From assembly GCA_965203515.1 (NCBI GenBank), contig OZ241907.1:3200001-3264000 (forward strand): a stretch of 64,000 bases of DNA, given 5' to 3'. Position 1 is the first letter of the stretch; every line of letters starts with the position of its first letter. Below are positions 1 through 12,978 of the stretch, piece after piece. This DNA comes from Spirochaetia bacterium (GTDB lineage: Bacteria > Spirochaetota > Spirochaetia > SZUA-6 > Bin103). The translations under genes and the position numbers were made by a program. Under the pieces are notes generated by a model that saw nothing but the letters and a program-made list of their open reading frames with translations, ran no database searches and was not told the origin of the DNA.

Positions 1-771
1 CTGCGCGGTGAGGGCCAGCGCGCGCTGCCACAGCAGGAAGGCGATGCCCATCTCCACCAATCCCACCCAGGCGGCGTAGCCCAGGTTTGCCGGCGTGATC
101 GCCGGCAGGCCGGCGGTCGCCGCGCAGATCGCGCCGACCGCGGCGGTGGCCGCCGCGAACCCGTTCAGCATGAGCGGCACCGCGGGCACGCCCAACCGCA
201 CGGTGGTGAGCCAGTACGCCGCCCACAGGATGGTGCTGCCGAGCGCCAGCGCCACGCCGGCGGTGTCGAACCGCCCCAGCCCGGCGGTTCCTCCCCGCGT
301 CAGCAGTACCGCGACGCCGGCGTAGCTGACCGCCACGCCGATCCAGCCGCGCGCCGGCAGGCGTTGTCCCAGCACGGGGATGGCCAGCAGCGCCAGGGTC
401 ACGGCCCACAGGTAGTTGAGCGGCTGCGCGATCTGCGCCGGCAGGCGGTCGTACGCCTCGAACAGCACCAGGTAGTAGCCGAGCGGGTTGAGCAGCCCCA
501 GCGCCGCGGCGCTCAGATGCTGGCGCCGGCTCAGCGCGGCGGTGACGAACGGCCGCGCCGCGGCGAAGAACGCCAGCGCCATCACGCAGCCCAGGAACAG
601 GAGTTGCACCGGCTGCATGCCGCGCAGACCCAACTTGAAGCCGGTCGCGACCGTCGACCAGAGGGCGACGCTCAGCAGCGCGTAGAGCAGCGCGCGCCGC
701 TCCCGACCGGCCGCGGCTACCGGAGGCGCCGAATGGAGACGTGGCCGGCGCCCGCCGGAGTATGTCGGCAC
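1..771 (-). CDS. DMT/EamA family transporter (runs off the window start)
   Basis: Manual minus-strand translation: ERRALLYALLSVALWSTVATGFKLGL...GLLNPLGYYLVLFEAYDRLPAQIAQPLNYLWAVTLALLAIPVLGQR; many hydrophobic helices. GTG start at 771 is tentative; not in the ORF track. Confidence 0.85.
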   Translation of the reverse strand, partial: MPTYSGGRRPRLHSAPPVAAAGRERRALLYALLSVALWSTVATGFKLGLRGMQPVQLLFLGCVMALAFFAAARPFVTAALSRRQHLSAAALGLLNPLGYYLVLFEAYDRLPAQIAQPLNYLWAVTLALLAIPVLGQRLPARGWIGVAVSYAGVAVLLTRGGTAGLGRFDTAGVALALGSTILWAAYWLTTVRLGVPAVPLMLNGFAAATAAVGAICAATAGLPAITPANLGYAAWVGLVEMGIAFLLWQRALALTAQ

Positions 772-786
772 GCGCCGAAAGCCAGG

Positions 787-1806
787 CTAGGGGCGCCGAG
801 CCGGGCCGGCGGGCGAGGGCGCGGGCGCGCTACCGTCGCCGGCCAATGCGGCGCCGTCGCGCCGCAGCGACGCGCACGCGCGCCGCGCGGCGTCCAGGTG
901 ATCGCTCCGCAGCAGGCGGAGCAGCTCCTGCCGGCGCTCGTGGAGCAGCCGCAGGATGCGCACCAGCCCCAGCCGTTCGTCGCGGCGCCGCTCGCGCGCC
1001 AGCTCCTCGTCCGTGCCGGCGACCGCCAGCCGCCGCAACCGCGCGGTCTGCGCGGCTGCGACGCGCGCCAGCTCCCGGTCCACGGCGGCGGCCAGCACGC
1101 GGGCGTCGTTGAGCTCGCCGAGCACGTCCTGCAGCCCCTTCAGCGCCGATGACGCGGCGGCTCCGCCGGTGAGGCGGTCGATCCCGGGCTCCGCCAGATA
1201 GCGGAGCCGCTTCACGGCCAGCCGCGCGTCATGGAGCGCTTCGCCGCCTGCCGATTCGGAGGCGGCCGCCAAGCGGGCGGACAGGTCGGCCGCGTACTCC
1301 TGCAGCCGCTCGCCCAACGCGCGGCCGAAGGTCAGGGCTGCCGGCTGCAGCCGCTCCAGGCGCGCGCGCAGCTCGGCTTCCAGCCGCTCGAACCGGCCGC
1401 GCACCACCGCCGCGGCGGCCGCGTGCCCGGCGTGCCGCCGGCGGCGCAGGCGCGCCAGCAGGTAGTTGAGGCCGGCCCGCTCGCCGCGCCGCAGCGCCGG
1501 CCGCACGCCTTCCAGCCAGAGTATCTGCACTTCGGCGTCGCGGCTCCGGCCGGTCTGCCGCATCAGGCGGCGCAACGACCGGCGGATCCGTTTGCCGGCC
1601 GCCTTTCCCAACCACGGCCGATAGGCGCGCAACACGCTGCGGCACCGGCGCAACGCTACCCGAAAGTCGTGGAGCGCCTCCGGCCGGCCGGGCCGGCCCA
1701 CCTGCCGGACGGCCCGATCGGCCTGCGACAGGTAGCCGCGCACCAGCGCCGCCGCCGACTCCGCCAGCGGCCGTTCCAGAAGGCTCTCCACCCGCGCCGG
1801 TTTCAT
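787..1806 (-). CDS. CHAD domain protein (polyphosphate-binding)
   Basis: Motifs EALHDFRVALRRCRS, GRSRDAEV, EALHDARLAVKRLRYLAE, LKGLQDVLGELNDARV. Confidence 0.9.
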   Translation of the reverse strand: MKPARVESLLERPLAESAAALVRGYLSQADRAVRQVGRPGRPEALHDFRVALRRCRSVLRAYRPWLGKAAGKRIRRSLRRLMRQTGRSRDAEVQILWLEGVRPALRRGERAGLNYLLARLRRRRHAGHAAAAAVVRGRFERLEAELRARLERLQPAALTFGRALGERLQEYAADLSARLAAASESAGGEALHDARLAVKRLRYLAEPGIDRLTGGAAASSALKGLQDVLGELNDARVLAAAVDRELARVAAAQTARLRRLAVAGTDEELARERRRDERLGLVRILRLLHERRQELLRLLRSDHLDAARRACASLRRDGAALAGDGSAPAPSPAGPARRP

Positions 1807-1915
1807 GGGCTCAGCCCGGATACTATACCGGCGCGCCGATCGAATTCGGCCGGAAGCCGGGGCCGCGCGCCGCCCGGATACCGTCCCGTGATACGGGTTC
1901 GGCGACCGACCGGGT

Positions 1916-2911
1916 TCAGTCCCAGGTGAGGGAGCCGGCGGTCTGGTACTCGGTCACGCGGGTTTCGAAGAAGTTCTTCTCCTTGTTGAGGTCGATGATC
2001 TGCGCCATCCACGGGAACGGGTTTTCCCGTCCGTACTGCCCGGACAGCCCGATGCGCTCCATCCGGCGGTCGGCGATGTACTCCACGTAGGCCGCGAACT
2101 GGTCGGCGTTGATCCCCAGCAGGCCGCGCGGGCAGGCGTCGCGCGCGTAGGCCGTCTCAAGCTCCACGCCGCGACGGATCAGGTCGATCAGTTCGTCCTG
2201 GAACGCCGGCGTCCAGACGTGCGGATGCTCGGCCTTGATCGTGTTGATCAGATCGGACCCGAACGCCAGATGGACGCTTTCGTCACGCATGATGAACTCG
2301 AACTGCTCGCCTACGCCCACCATCTTGTTCTGTCGCTTGAGGGCCAGCATCATCGCAAATCCGGCGTAGAAGAAGATGCCCTCCATGATCACGTAGTAGC
2401 CGACCAGGTCGTGCAGCAGGTCGCGCACCCCCTGCTCGGTGGCGGTGGTGAATCCGGGAGCGAAGATCGAGCGGGTCATCTCGATGACCATCGCGTCCTT
2501 GCGCTCGATCGACGGGATGGTCCGGTACATCGTGTAGATCTGGTCAGGGTCCAGCCCCAGGCTGTCGCAGCAGTAGATGAAGGTGTCGGTGTGGATCGCC
2601 TCCTCGAATGCCTGGCGCAGCAGATACTGGCGGCATTCCGGATTGGTCACGTGGGCGTAGACGGCCAGGACGATGTTGTTGGCGGTCAGCGACTCGGCGG
2701 TCGAGAAGAAGCCGAGGTTCCAGAGGATCAGGCGCCGCTCGTCATCGGAGATCACGTCGGGCGCCTTCCACTGCTCGACGTCCTTCTGCATGGAGACCTC
2801 TTCGGGGACCCAGTTGTTCGCCACCCCGGCCTTGTAGTAGCCGCGCGCCCAGGCGTAGCGCAACGGCAGGATCTTGTTGGGGTCGGTGGCGGTGTTGTCG
2901 ATGATGCCCAC
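1916..2911 (-). CDS. nrdB: Ribonucleotide reductase beta subunit, class Ic (R2c)-type signature
   Basis: NNWVPEEV, FFSTAESLTANN, FEEAIHTDTFIY, MEGIFFYAGF, RDESVH, NFFETRVTEYQ. Confidence 0.95.
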   Translation of the reverse strand: MGIIDNTATDPNKILPLRYAWARGYYKAGVANNWVPEEVSMQKDVEQWKAPDVISDDERRLILWNLGFFSTAESLTANNIVLAVYAHVTNPECRQYLLRQAFEEAIHTDTFIYCCDSLGLDPDQIYTMYRTIPSIERKDAMVIEMTRSIFAPGFTTATEQGVRDLLHDLVGYYVIMEGIFFYAGFAMMLALKRQNKMVGVGEQFEFIMRDESVHLAFGSDLINTIKAEHPHVWTPAFQDELIDLIRRGVELETAYARDACPRGLLGINADQFAAYVEYIADRRMERIGLSGQYGRENPFPWMAQIIDLNKEKNFFETRVTEYQTAGSLTWD

Positions 2912-2948
2912 TTCTGCTCCGATGGCGCCCGCTATCCAATGGCGCCCG

Positions 2949-5717
<2,769 letters not shown>

Positions 5718-5803
5718 GGCCCCTCCCCTCGAATCCCGCCGTGTACGGCGGGTCCGCCAAGCGTAAGCCGACACCGGAAGCTCACGCAATCCCGCAGGCG
5801 GAG

Positions 5804-6661
5804 CTACCCCTGGGCGCGGTCCTCCCGACCCGTGGCGATCCGGACCCGGTCCGGGGCGGTGTCGAGCAGCCCTTCGGCGGTCATCGCCTCCAGGTTGCGG
5901 CGCATCTGCTGCCGGCCGGCGCGGTCGGCGGCGCCGATCAGATCGCTCAGCTCGGCGCAGGTGAGCGGGCCGCGTTCGGCCAGCGCCCGGAGGATGCGGC
6001 CCCGTTGCTGGCGGTTGGAGCCGTCGAACCGGCTCTGCCGCGCGTAGTGGGCGCTCCGCCGGTTGGGGTTGGGGCCGCCGCGCGCCAGCGCGGCGCCGTA
6101 GTCCATCAGCGCCCAGTACCAGGTGCGCGGATCCGACCGGTCGAGCGCCTGCTCCAGCACCGGCAGCAGCTCGCGGTCGCTGACCGCCGTGCGCCCGGGA
6201 AACAGCTCGTGCAGGGCCGCGCGGCGGATGTTGGTCTCCACGAACAGCGCCGGCCGGCCGAAGGCGAATGCCTGCACGGCCCCTGCCGTGGCCGGACCCA
6301 CGCCGGGCAGCGAGCGCAGGTCCTGCGCGCCGCTGGGCACCGCGCCGCCGAAGCGGTCCGCGATCAGGCCGGCGGCGCGGTGCAGCGCCACGGCGCGCCG
6401 GTTGTAGCCAAGGCCGCTCCACAGCGCCAGCACGTCGCCGCGGTCGCCGGCCGCCAGCGCGCCCACATGGGGAAAGCGCGCCACGAACGGGGCGAACTTG
6501 ACCAGCACGCGCGCTGTCTGCGTCTGCTGTAGCATGAACTCGGAGACCAGGATCCGATAGGGATCACGCGTCTGGCGCCAGGGGAACCGGCGGCCGTGGC
6601 GTCGGTAGTGGTCGAGTACGCGGCGGCGGAAGCGGGCGACGTCAGGCCGGCGCGGGCTCAT
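5804..6661 (-). CDS. mutY: MutY-like HhH-GPD adenine DNA glycosylase (short, no Fe-S cysteine motif)
   Basis: PWRQTRDPYRILVSEFMLQQTQ, WSGLGYNRRA, LPGVGPATAGAV, VETNIRR, ALMDYGA. Confidence 0.85.
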   Translation of the reverse strand: MSPRRPDVARFRRRVLDHYRRHGRRFPWRQTRDPYRILVSEFMLQQTQTARVLVKFAPFVARFPHVGALAAGDRGDVLALWSGLGYNRRAVALHRAAGLIADRFGGAVPSGAQDLRSLPGVGPATAGAVQAFAFGRPALFVETNIRRAALHELFPGRTAVSDRELLPVLEQALDRSDPRTWYWALMDYGAALARGGPNPNRRSAHYARQSRFDGSNRQQRGRILRALAERGPLTCAELSDLIGAADRAGRQQMRRNLEAMTAEGLLDTAPDRVRIATGREDRAQG

Positions 6662-6669
6662 CGGGGAGG

Positions 6670-7674
6670 ATGATCATCAGGCACGATCTCATCATCATCG
6701 GCGCGGGGCCGGCCGGTCTTGCCTGCGCGATCGAGGCCGAAGCGGCCGGCCTGGACTGCGTGGTGCTGGAGCAGGGCTGCCTGGTCAACTCGATCTACCG
6801 CTTCCCGCGCAACATGGTCTTCTTCTCGTCCCCCGAGCGCCTGGAGCTGGCGCGGGTGCCGTTCACGACGATGGCGCGCAAGCCGTCGCGCGCCGAGACG
6901 GTCGAGTACTACCGGCGGGTTGCGGCGCGCTTCGCGGTGCGCGTGCGGCAGCACGAACGGGTGGTCGGGCTCAAGCGGTCCGGTGCGGAGGACGCCGGCC
7001 CGTTCGTGGTCACCACCGTCAGCGGTTCGCGGACCGGCCGGCTGGCCGCGCGCGCGGTCGTGGTTGCCACCGGGTTCTTCGACTGGCCGCGGCGCCTGCA
7101 GGTACCGGGCGAGGAACTGCCGAAGGTGGTCTATCGGTTCGACGAGGGTCACCCCTACTACGATCGCGACGTGGCCGTCATCGGCGGCCGGAGCGCCGCG
7201 GCGGAGGCGGCCCTGGAGCTGCAGCGCGCCGGCGCCCGCGTCACCCTGATCCACCGCGGCGAGCGGGTGCAGACCAAGTACTGGGTGCAGCCGGAGCTGG
7301 AGAACCGCATCGAGCGCGGCGAAATCGCGTGGCTGCCGTCGGCGACCGTGCAGGGCATCGACGAGACGTCGATCACGGTGCGCCGGGACGGGCGGTCGCA
7401 GGTGGTGCGCAACGACGCGGTCATCGTGCAGATCGGCTACCGCCCCGACCTGAGCCTGCTGAAAGGAGTCGGGGTCACCCTGGACGGCGCCGACCGGACG
7501 CCGCGCTACGATCCGCGCACCTGTCAGACCGACGTGCCGGGGGTGTTCGTCTGCGGCTCGGTGTGCGCCGGCGACCGGGCCGGCAGCATCTTCATAGAAA
7601 CCGCACGCTTTCACGGCGAGAAGATCGTGGGCGCCCTCACCGCCGGAACCGCTACCGCCGGCTCGCCGCGCTGA
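6670..7674 (+). CDS. YpdA-family FAD-dependent disulfide reductase (putative bacillithiol disulfide reductase)
   Basis: GAGPAGLACA, LVNSIYRFPRNMVFFSSPERLEL, ATGFFDWP, IGYRPD, IFIETARFHG. Confidence 0.85.
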   Translation: MIIRHDLIIIGAGPAGLACAIEAEAAGLDCVVLEQGCLVNSIYRFPRNMVFFSSPERLELARVPFTTMARKPSRAETVEYYRRVAARFAVRVRQHERVVGLKRSGAEDAGPFVVTTVSGSRTGRLAARAVVVATGFFDWPRRLQVPGEELPKVVYRFDEGHPYYDRDVAVIGGRSAAAEAALELQRAGARVTLIHRGERVQTKYWVQPELENRIERGEIAWLPSATVQGIDETSITVRRDGRSQVVRNDAVIVQIGYRPDLSLLKGVGVTLDGADRTPRYDPRTCQTDVPGVFVCGSVCAGDRAGSIFIETARFHGEKIVGALTAGTATAGSPR

Positions 7675-8584
7675 GCCGGGCGACCTCGCCGGCATCCAGC
7701 TCCGGCCATGGGGTGAGCGCCTCGACCACCTGCTGCGGTCGGCGCGCGCCCAGGATGGCCGCGTGGACCCCCGGCTGCGCCAGCAGCCACCCCAGCGCCA
7801 GCCGCGCGAGCGGCCGGCCGCCGGCCACCGCGCGCAGGCGTTCGATGACCTGCAGATGGGCGCCGAGCCGTGGGTCGCGGAAGTCCCGGTGCTCGCGCCG
7901 CCAGTCGTCGCCGGGCAGCCGCGCCGCCCGCGCGCGGTCGAAGCCGGTCGCCAGCATGCCGCCGTGCAGCGGGCTGGCGGCCAGCACGGCGATGCCGCGG
8001 CTGCGGCAGTAGGGCAGCAGCTCCGTTTCCGCCCCGCGCCGCAGCAGGCTGTACGGCACCTGCAGCGTCGCCACCGGCGCGATGGCGCGCAGGCGGTCGA
8101 CGACGGCCGCGGAGGCGTTGCACAGGCCGCAGGCGCCGATCAGGCCGTGCTCCCGCAGGCGGGCCAGCGCCTCCCAGCCCTCGGCGAGCTGCTCCGGCGG
8201 CCGCGGGTGGTGGACTTGATAGAGGTCGATGCGCTCGACCCGCAGGCGTCCCAGGCTGGCATGCAGCTCGTCGCGGACGCTGGCCGCGGTGAGCCGTGCG
8301 AAGGGGCGGGCGCGCCGGCCGACCCACGGCCAGCCGCACTTGGTGGCGACGCGCACGCCGCGGCCGGCGTCGGGCCGCTCGGCCAGCGCGCGGCCGATCA
8401 GCGTCTCGGCGTGGCCGCGGCCATAGAGCGGGGCGGTGTCCAGCCAATCGACGCCGCCGTCCAGGGCGGCGTGGATGGTGGCCAGGGAGTCGGCGTCCGC
8501 CTGCGCGCCCCAGCCGCCGCGCCAGCCGGGACCGCCGATCGCCCAGGTGCCCAACCCGATGCGGCTGGCCGCCGGCGTGGTCAT
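7652..8584 (-). CDS. Aldo/keto reductase
   Basis: IGLGTWAIGG, DTAPLYGRGHAE, VATKCG, SLGRLRVERIDLYQVH. Confidence 0.9.
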   Translation of the reverse strand: MTTPAASRIGLGTWAIGGPGWRGGWGAQADADSLATIHAALDGGVDWLDTAPLYGRGHAETLIGRALAERPDAGRGVRVATKCGWPWVGRRARPFARLTAASVRDELHASLGRLRVERIDLYQVHHPRPPEQLAEGWEALARLREHGLIGACGLCNASAAVVDRLRAIAPVATLQVPYSLLRRGAETELLPYCRSRGIAVLAASPLHGGMLATGFDRARAARLPGDDWRREHRDFRDPRLGAHLQVIERLRAVAGGRPLARLALGWLLAQPGVHAAILGARRPQQVVEALTPWPELDAGEVARLSAASRR

Positions 8585-10884
8585 CGGGCCGCGCGCCGGG
8601 CGGCCCGGGGTGGATCGGCCGGGGACGGAGTGCCGGCCGGGGGCGGAGCGTCGGCCGGGGACGGGGCGCTGGCCGGGGACGGGGCGCCGGCCAGCAGTTC
8701 CACCAGTCCGGTGTGGCGTTCACGCGCCTGCGCGTTGGCGACCGCGATGCGCGCGGCCCTGTCGCTGCCGACCACCACGGCCAGCCGGCGCGCGCGGGTC
8801 AGCGCGGTGTAGAGCAGGTTGCGCTGCAGCATCGGGTAGTGCTCGGTCGCGATCGAGATCACGGCGGCCAGGAATTCGCTCCCCTGCGACTTGTGAATGG
8901 TGATCGCGTAGGCCAGGGCCAGCGAGTCGAGCTCGGCCGCCTCGTACCAGACCGGACCGGTGGAGAAGTCGACCAGCACGCGCTGATCCTCTGCGTCCAG
9001 ATCGCGCACCAGGCCGATGTCGCCGTTGAATACCTCCAACTGATAGTCGTTGCGGGTCTGCATGACGCGGTCGCCGACGCGTATGTCGGCGGCGCCTTCG
9101 ATGGCGGCGCCGGTCGGGTTGAGCGCTTCCTGGAGCCGGCGGTTGAGGGCGGCGGTGCCCAGGTCACCGCGGTTCATGGGGGTAAGCACCTGGATGTCGG
9201 TACGCGGATCGAGCCCGAAGCGGGCCGGCATGCGTTCGGTGACCAGATGCACGATCGTATCGCAGGCGGCGGCGCGATCGTCCCGGCCGATGAAGAAGTA
9301 GTCCCCGGCCTCCCCGTCGCTACGCCGCGGCATCCGGCCGTGGTTGACGGCGTGCGCGGCCATGACGATGGCGCTGCGGTCTCCCTGACGGAACACGGTG
9401 GTGAGGCGGGCGACCGGACAGGCGCCGGAGGCGATCAGGTCGGCCAGCACGTCGCCCGGTCCCACCGAGGGGAGCTGGTCGCTGTCGCCGACCAGCAGCA
9501 GCCGGCAGTCGTCCGGAGTCGCTTCCAGGACGGCGTCCAGCAGCGTGATGTCTACCATGGAGAGCTCGTCGAGGATCAGCCCGTCGCAGTCGAGCGGATT
9601 CCGCGCATCGCGCAGGAACCGGCCCTCGCGCGGGCTGTATTCCAGCAGCCGGTGGATGGTCGACGCCGGCCGGCCGGCCTGCTCCTCGATCCGCTTGGCG
9701 GCGCGCCCGGTCGGCGCCGCGAGCTGCACGCGCAGATCGGCCGCGTCGTAGAGGCTGAGCACGGCGCGGATCAGCGTGGTCTTGCCGGTGCCGGGGCCGC
9801 CGGTCACCACCAGGACCGCGGCCGCCGCCGCCGCCGAGGCGGCATGGCGCTGCTCCGGCGACAACTCCACGCCGCTCGATCGCTCGAAGGCGGCGAGCAG
9901 CCGCGGCACGCCGGCGTTCGGCGCGGGCGCCGCCCGGCCGGCCAGCTCCAGCAGCCGCGCCGCGGCGCGCTGCTCGGCGCGCCGCAGGTCGGGCAGGGCG
10001 ATCGATCGGCCGCCGGCGCCGCAGGTCAGGACCGCGCCGCGGCGGCACAGCGACCGGATGGCGTGATCGACCGCCGCGGCGTCGACCGACAGCAGCTCGG
10101 CGCCGGCTTCCGCTACCGCGTCGACCGGCATCTGCGTGTGGCCGCGTCCCGCGCCGGTGCCGAGCACGTGCAACACCCCGGCGGCGGCTCGCTCCGGCGA
10201 GTGCGGATCGACGCCGAGTGAGGCGGCGATGCGGTCGGCGATCAGAAAGCCGATACCGGTCACCTCTTCGGCCAGGCGGTACGGGTTCTCGGTGACCGCG
10301 CGGCGCGCCGCCGCCCCGTAGCGCCGGTGGATGCGGAGCGCGTACGCGGGGGAGATGCCGTGGCCCTGCAGGAAGATCATGACGTCGCGCAACTGGCGGT
10401 GGTCCGCCCACGAAGCCAGGATGCGGTCGCGGCGGTCGGGGCCGATGCCGGCGACCTCGGTCAGTCGCTCGCCGCGGCGGTCCAGGACCTCCAGCGCGCC
10501 GGTGCCGAAGCGCGCCACGATCCGCTTGGCGAGCGCGGGGCCGACCCCCTTGACCAGCCGCGAGGCCAGGAAGCGCTCGATGCCGGCCGCCGTGGTGGGA
10601 GCGACCGAATGGAACGAGGTGACCTTGAACTGCGGCCCGTGCCGGCGATGGTGGGTCCACGCGCCCTGCAGGTGGAGCAGTTCGCCCGGGCGGACGCCGG
10701 CCAGCGGGCCGACCGCGACCGGCCGGGCAGCCGGGTCGGTCTCCGACCGGAGGCGCACGACCGCGAACGATCCGTCGACGGTGACGTAGACGATCGAGTC
10801 GACCGTGCCGCGCAACGAGGGTTCATCGCCGCCGGACGCGGCTGCGCCGTCCCCGGCGGGTGTGACGGACTCGCTGCCGGTCAA
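8581..10884 (-). CDS. recD2: ATP-dependent RecD2-like DNA helicase
   Basis: N-terminal OB/HhH region, GGPGTGKTT, APTGRAAKR, DELSMVD, GDSDQLPSVGPG, AYAITIHKSQGSEF, YTALTRAR. Confidence 0.95.
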   Translation of the reverse strand: MTGSESVTPAGDGAAASGGDEPSLRGTVDSIVYVTVDGSFAVVRLRSETDPAARPVAVGPLAGVRPGELLHLQGAWTHHRRHGPQFKVTSFHSVAPTTAAGIERFLASRLVKGVGPALAKRIVARFGTGALEVLDRRGERLTEVAGIGPDRRDRILASWADHRQLRDVMIFLQGHGISPAYALRIHRRYGAAARRAVTENPYRLAEEVTGIGFLIADRIAASLGVDPHSPERAAAGVLHVLGTGAGRGHTQMPVDAVAEAGAELLSVDAAAVDHAIRSLCRRGAVLTCGAGGRSIALPDLRRAEQRAAARLLELAGRAAPAPNAGVPRLLAAFERSSGVELSPEQRHAASAAAAAAVLVVTGGPGTGKTTLIRAVLSLYDAADLRVQLAAPTGRAAKRIEEQAGRPASTIHRLLEYSPREGRFLRDARNPLDCDGLILDELSMVDITLLDAVLEATPDDCRLLLVGDSDQLPSVGPGDVLADLIASGACPVARLTTVFRQGDRSAIVMAAHAVNHGRMPRRSDGEAGDYFFIGRDDRAAACDTIVHLVTERMPARFGLDPRTDIQVLTPMNRGDLGTAALNRRLQEALNPTGAAIEGAADIRVGDRVMQTRNDYQLEVFNGDIGLVRDLDAEDQRVLVDFSTGPVWYEAAELDSLALAYAITIHKSQGSEFLAAVISIATEHYPMLQRNLLYTALTRARRLAVVVGSDRAARIAVANAQARERHTGLVELLAGAPSPASAPSPADAPPPAGTPSPADPPRAARRAAR

Positions 10885-10904
10885 GCGCGGATCGAGGTGG
10901 CGAC

Positions 10905-11723
10905 TCAGACGGTCCGGTCGCGCAGTTCGGCGAAGAACCGCGCGTCGGACTCATTGCCGGCGCGCGTGTGAGCGGCCGCCAGGTTCGCCGCCACGCGCAC
11001 CATGATCGCGGCGGTCGGGGCGCCGCGGCGGATGCGGGCGAGCTGGGCGCTGGCGTCGTGTCCCTTGGGGATGAGCTGCGCCACGTCCAGGGTCGCTCCG
11101 CCGTTGAAGCAATCGACCAGGATGAGCCGGTCGCCGGCGACGGCCCGCGCCAGGAAGTGGTTGGGCACGTTGCAGCCCTCGATGTCGAGTCCGAGCCGGG
11201 CGCCGACCAGCAGGTAGATGCACGCCAGACTGATCGGCAGGCCGCGGCCGCGGCCGATCACCGATACCAGGTTGCTCGCCGCCGGCGTGTAGTAATCGTC
11301 CTTGCCGCAGCCGGACAGCCCTCTGGTGCGGAACAGGTAGTGGGCCAGGGTGAAGACGTCGGCGCCGACGTGCGCGCTGCGGTAGTCCTGGGCCAGCCCG
11401 TCCAGGAGGCGGGTCAGCCGGGCGGCGGCGCCGGCGCCCAACTCATACTCGGCGACCAGACCCAGCGCGGTCTCCAGCTTCACCTTCTCGTGCGGGACGG
11501 TCAGGCACTCCTGCCAGCGCTCGCGCAGGCGTTCCCGCCGCTGGACGGCGTACACCTCCTGCAGCAGCTCGCGGCGCCGGTCATCCAGCTCGATCGCCTG
11601 CCGTTCGATCTCCGCGTCGAGCTCATCGCCGAAGGCGGCCAGTCCCTCCATGACGCGCTGCCGGACCGCCGGCGTATCGTCGTCCAGCAGTGCGATCATG
11701 AAGCGGAGTTGCGCGCGGTCCAC
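10905..11723 (-). CDS. Transglutaminase-like (SirB1/Transglut_core2) family protein
   Basis: DYYTPAASNLVSVIGRGRGLPISLACIY, NVPNHFLAR, LVDCFNGG. Start uncertain (GTG 11723 or 11759). Confidence 0.8.
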   Translation of the reverse strand: MDRAQLRFMIALLDDDTPAVRQRVMEGLAAFGDELDAEIERQAIELDDRRRELLQEVYAVQRRERLRERWQECLTVPHEKVKLETALGLVAEYELGAGAAARLTRLLDGLAQDYRSAHVGADVFTLAHYLFRTRGLSGCGKDDYYTPAASNLVSVIGRGRGLPISLACIYLLVGARLGLDIEGCNVPNHFLARAVAGDRLILVDCFNGGATLDVAQLIPKGHDASAQLARIRRGAPTAAIMVRVAANLAAAHTRAGNESDARFFAELRDRTV

Positions 11724-11821
11724 GCCGCGATGGTAGATCGTTCGCCGCCGCGCCGGCAAACGGCGGGCAGGCGTCGCGTGCCGGACAGGGTTTGCCGCGA
11801 TGTGCTATCACCGGTGACGGC

Positions 11822-12977
11822 ATGAGTATCTACGAAGAACTGGGCGTGCGCACGCTGATCAACGCCGCCGGCACCGTAACCAACTACGGCGGGTCGCTGA
11901 TGGCCCCGGAAGTGTTCGAGGTCATGCAGGAGGCCAACCGCCGGTTCTGCCGGCTGGAGGAACTGCAGCGGAAGGTCGGCGAACGCATCGCCGGCCTGCT
12001 GGAGGCGGAGGCGTCGTACGTGACCTCCAGCGCCGCCGCCGGGCTGCTGGTGACGACGGCGGCCTGCATGGCCGGCACCGATCCCGCGCGGATCACGCAG
12101 CTCCCGGACGCGACCGGCATGAGGTCGCAGGTGGTCGTCCAGGTCACACCGTCTGGCCTACGATCAGGCGATGCGACTGGCCGGCGCCACCTTCGTAGAG
12201 GTCGACGATCAGGTCGCGCCGCCCGCGCAGGCGCTGCGCGAGGCGGTCGGCGCCGACACGGCCGCGATCCTGTGCATGGCGCACCGCCTCGGCGATCCGG
12301 CGTCGGTCTCGCTCGACGACCTGGTGAGGATCGCCCGAGCGACCGGCGTGCCGCTGATCGTGGACGCCGCTTCGGAGTCTCCGCCGCCGTCGACCCTGAC
12401 CCGCTTCTGGAAGGCCGGCGCGGACCTGACCATCTTCAGCGGCGGCAAGAGCATCATGGGCCCCCAGTCGACGGGACTGGTGGTCGGTCGCAAGGACCTG
12501 ATCGAGGCGTGCGCGGCCAACGGCAATCCGTTCGCGACGGTGGGCCGGCCAGCCAAGGTGAGCCGCGAAGAGATCATCGGCCTGCTGAAGGCGCTGGAGC
12601 TCTACCTTGCCCGCGATCACGACGCCGACCGCGCCCGTTGGGAAGCGCAGGTCGACCACGTCGAGCGCGCGCTGGCACGTGCGCGCCACCTGATAGCGCT
12701 GGAGCGGATGGTGAAGGGGGAGACCTATACCGTGCCGATGCTCGCGGTGCGGACGCTGCCGGCCGCCGGGTTTACGACCGGGCAGCTCTTCGACGGGCTG
12801 CTGGCGGGAGAACCGCGGGTCGTGCTGGCCCAGCACTTCATCGGCGACGGCGTCGTGATCAACCCGCACATGCTCCAACCCGGGCAGGAACGCATCGTCG
12901 CCGAGCGCTGCCTGCAGGTGCTGGAACGGCTCGATCAGCCGCCGGCGCGCGCTTCTCGGCCAGTCGGGACGCGATGA
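11822..12977 (+). pseudogene. SelA/DgaE-like PLP-dependent enzyme, frameshifted near 12143
   Basis: 5' part MSIYEELGVRTLINAAGTVTNYGGS...SAAAGL; 3' part (S)HRLAYDQAMRLAGA...VDAASE...FSGGKSIMGPQSTG lies in another frame. Confidence 0.8.
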
Positions 12978-12978
12978 T

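Noticed and set aside
5718..6422. N-terminal extension of NrdA (1157-aa ORF)
   Set aside because: Off-frame read of mutY; the RBS and TTG at 5717 fit the ATP-cone start.
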